DNA from: a virus
Taxonomy: Duplodnaviria; Caudoviricetes
IMG/VR virus record: IMGVR_UViG_3300009068_000048
Location: 1-55,272 of that record
Length of the DNA stretch: 55,272 nucleotides
Direction: 5' to 3' (one strand)
The position numbers were made by a program, and so were the translations under genes. Numbering within the stretch: the first letter of the stretch is position 1; each line of letters starts with the position of its first letter. Under the pieces are notes generated by a model that saw only the letters and a program-made list of their open reading frames with translations, was not told the origin of the DNA and ran no database searches. This document shows positions 54,723 to 55,272 of the stretch, one piece after another.

Positions 54723-55272
54723 ACAGCAGCAATTCAGGCAGCAATTTCTTATGCCGCTTCTGCCGCACAATCTATCCAATACACGTCGATTTCGGCGCAA
54801 TCATCAATAACTGTATGTTTTCCTGCCGGTCTATATTTAGTTACATCAACCATTACGGTCCCTAACGCAGAAGTTAATTTTCTTCTTTCAGGGATGGGTG
54901 GGCGCGCAACTTTTGTCGGTGCAAATCCTGCTACCATTAAGTGCTTTATCATTGAGCAAGCACGCAACACAATTTTTAGTAACTTAAATTGGATTGGTTT
55001 TACCACTGCAACTGAGTGGGACACAAACAACATAGACACCAATCTTATTAGATATATTGATTGCGATTTTATTAACTGTGGGATCGGCGTTGACACTGTA
55101 TCATACGCTACAAGTCGATCTACGGTTCTGGTTTTTGATAGATGTCGCGCAGGCGGAACCAGCCTATTTGTTAAGTCATTTTGTGATATGACTATAATCA
55201 ACAATAGTCATTTTAGAAACGCTGACGCAAACGGCGCGTTTATTTTTGCTGATAGCCAGTTAATTATAAACA
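54528..55272 (+). CDS. tailspike 2 (3'-truncated)
   Basis: Not in the ORF track because it has no stop. MAVPYIFTSGTLISASQVNANFSAAIEYDPPF...SVKDFGAVGNGVADDTAAIQAAI...FPAGLY; open to the window end. Confidence 0.85.
   Translation, partial: MAVPYIFTSGTLISASQVNANFSAAIEYDPPFTGAVTSGYMVADRLSQTVSVKDFGAVGNGVADDTAAIQAAISYAASAAQSIQYTSISAQSSITVCFPAGLYLVTSTITVPNAEVNFLLSGMGGRATFVGANPATIKCFIIEQARNTIFSNLNWIGFTTATEWDTNNIDTNLIRYIDCDFINCGIGVDTVSYATSRSTVLVFDRCRAGGTSLFVKSFCDMTIINNSHFRNADANGAFIFADSQLIIN

Overview
The whole window is a tailed dsDNA phage genome with a podovirus-like gene set, probably most of a circularly permuted genome. Both ends fall inside the virion/tail region. Gene order: tail adaptor/nozzle and ejection proteins (1-13.5 kb); lysis cassette (holin-like proteins, GH19 endolysin, Rz/Rz1) plus a phosphoesterase; leftward recombination genes; rightward RuvC and Prim-Pol/helicase replication genes followed by a TGCGGAAG iteron array; a leftward cluster of small early genes driven by three sigma70-like promoters sharing a GGCG-N5-CGCC operator; a repeat-rich non-coding stretch; terS, terL and portal; a 1941-aa polyvalent protein and a ~720-aa basic protein; GroES-like, scaffold, capsid, connector and two tailspike genes. 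I saw no tRNA, rRNA, CRISPR array, integrase or DNA polymerase. The most striking unexplained signal is a short motif, [F/Y/R/K/L/M/H]-x-x-G-G, often as the tandem GG-R-x-x-[R/K/Y]-x-x-GG. It recurs in six otherwise unrelated putative capsid-cargo proteins and sits at the boundaries between their domains, suggesting a polyprotein-processing or capsid-targeting system. Other highlights: twin S74 autocleavage domains in an ejection protein, twin identical-loop hairpins in the capsid-operon leader, and an ~80-aa module shuffled among virion proteins. Family assignments come from motif recognition by eye; no database search was run.
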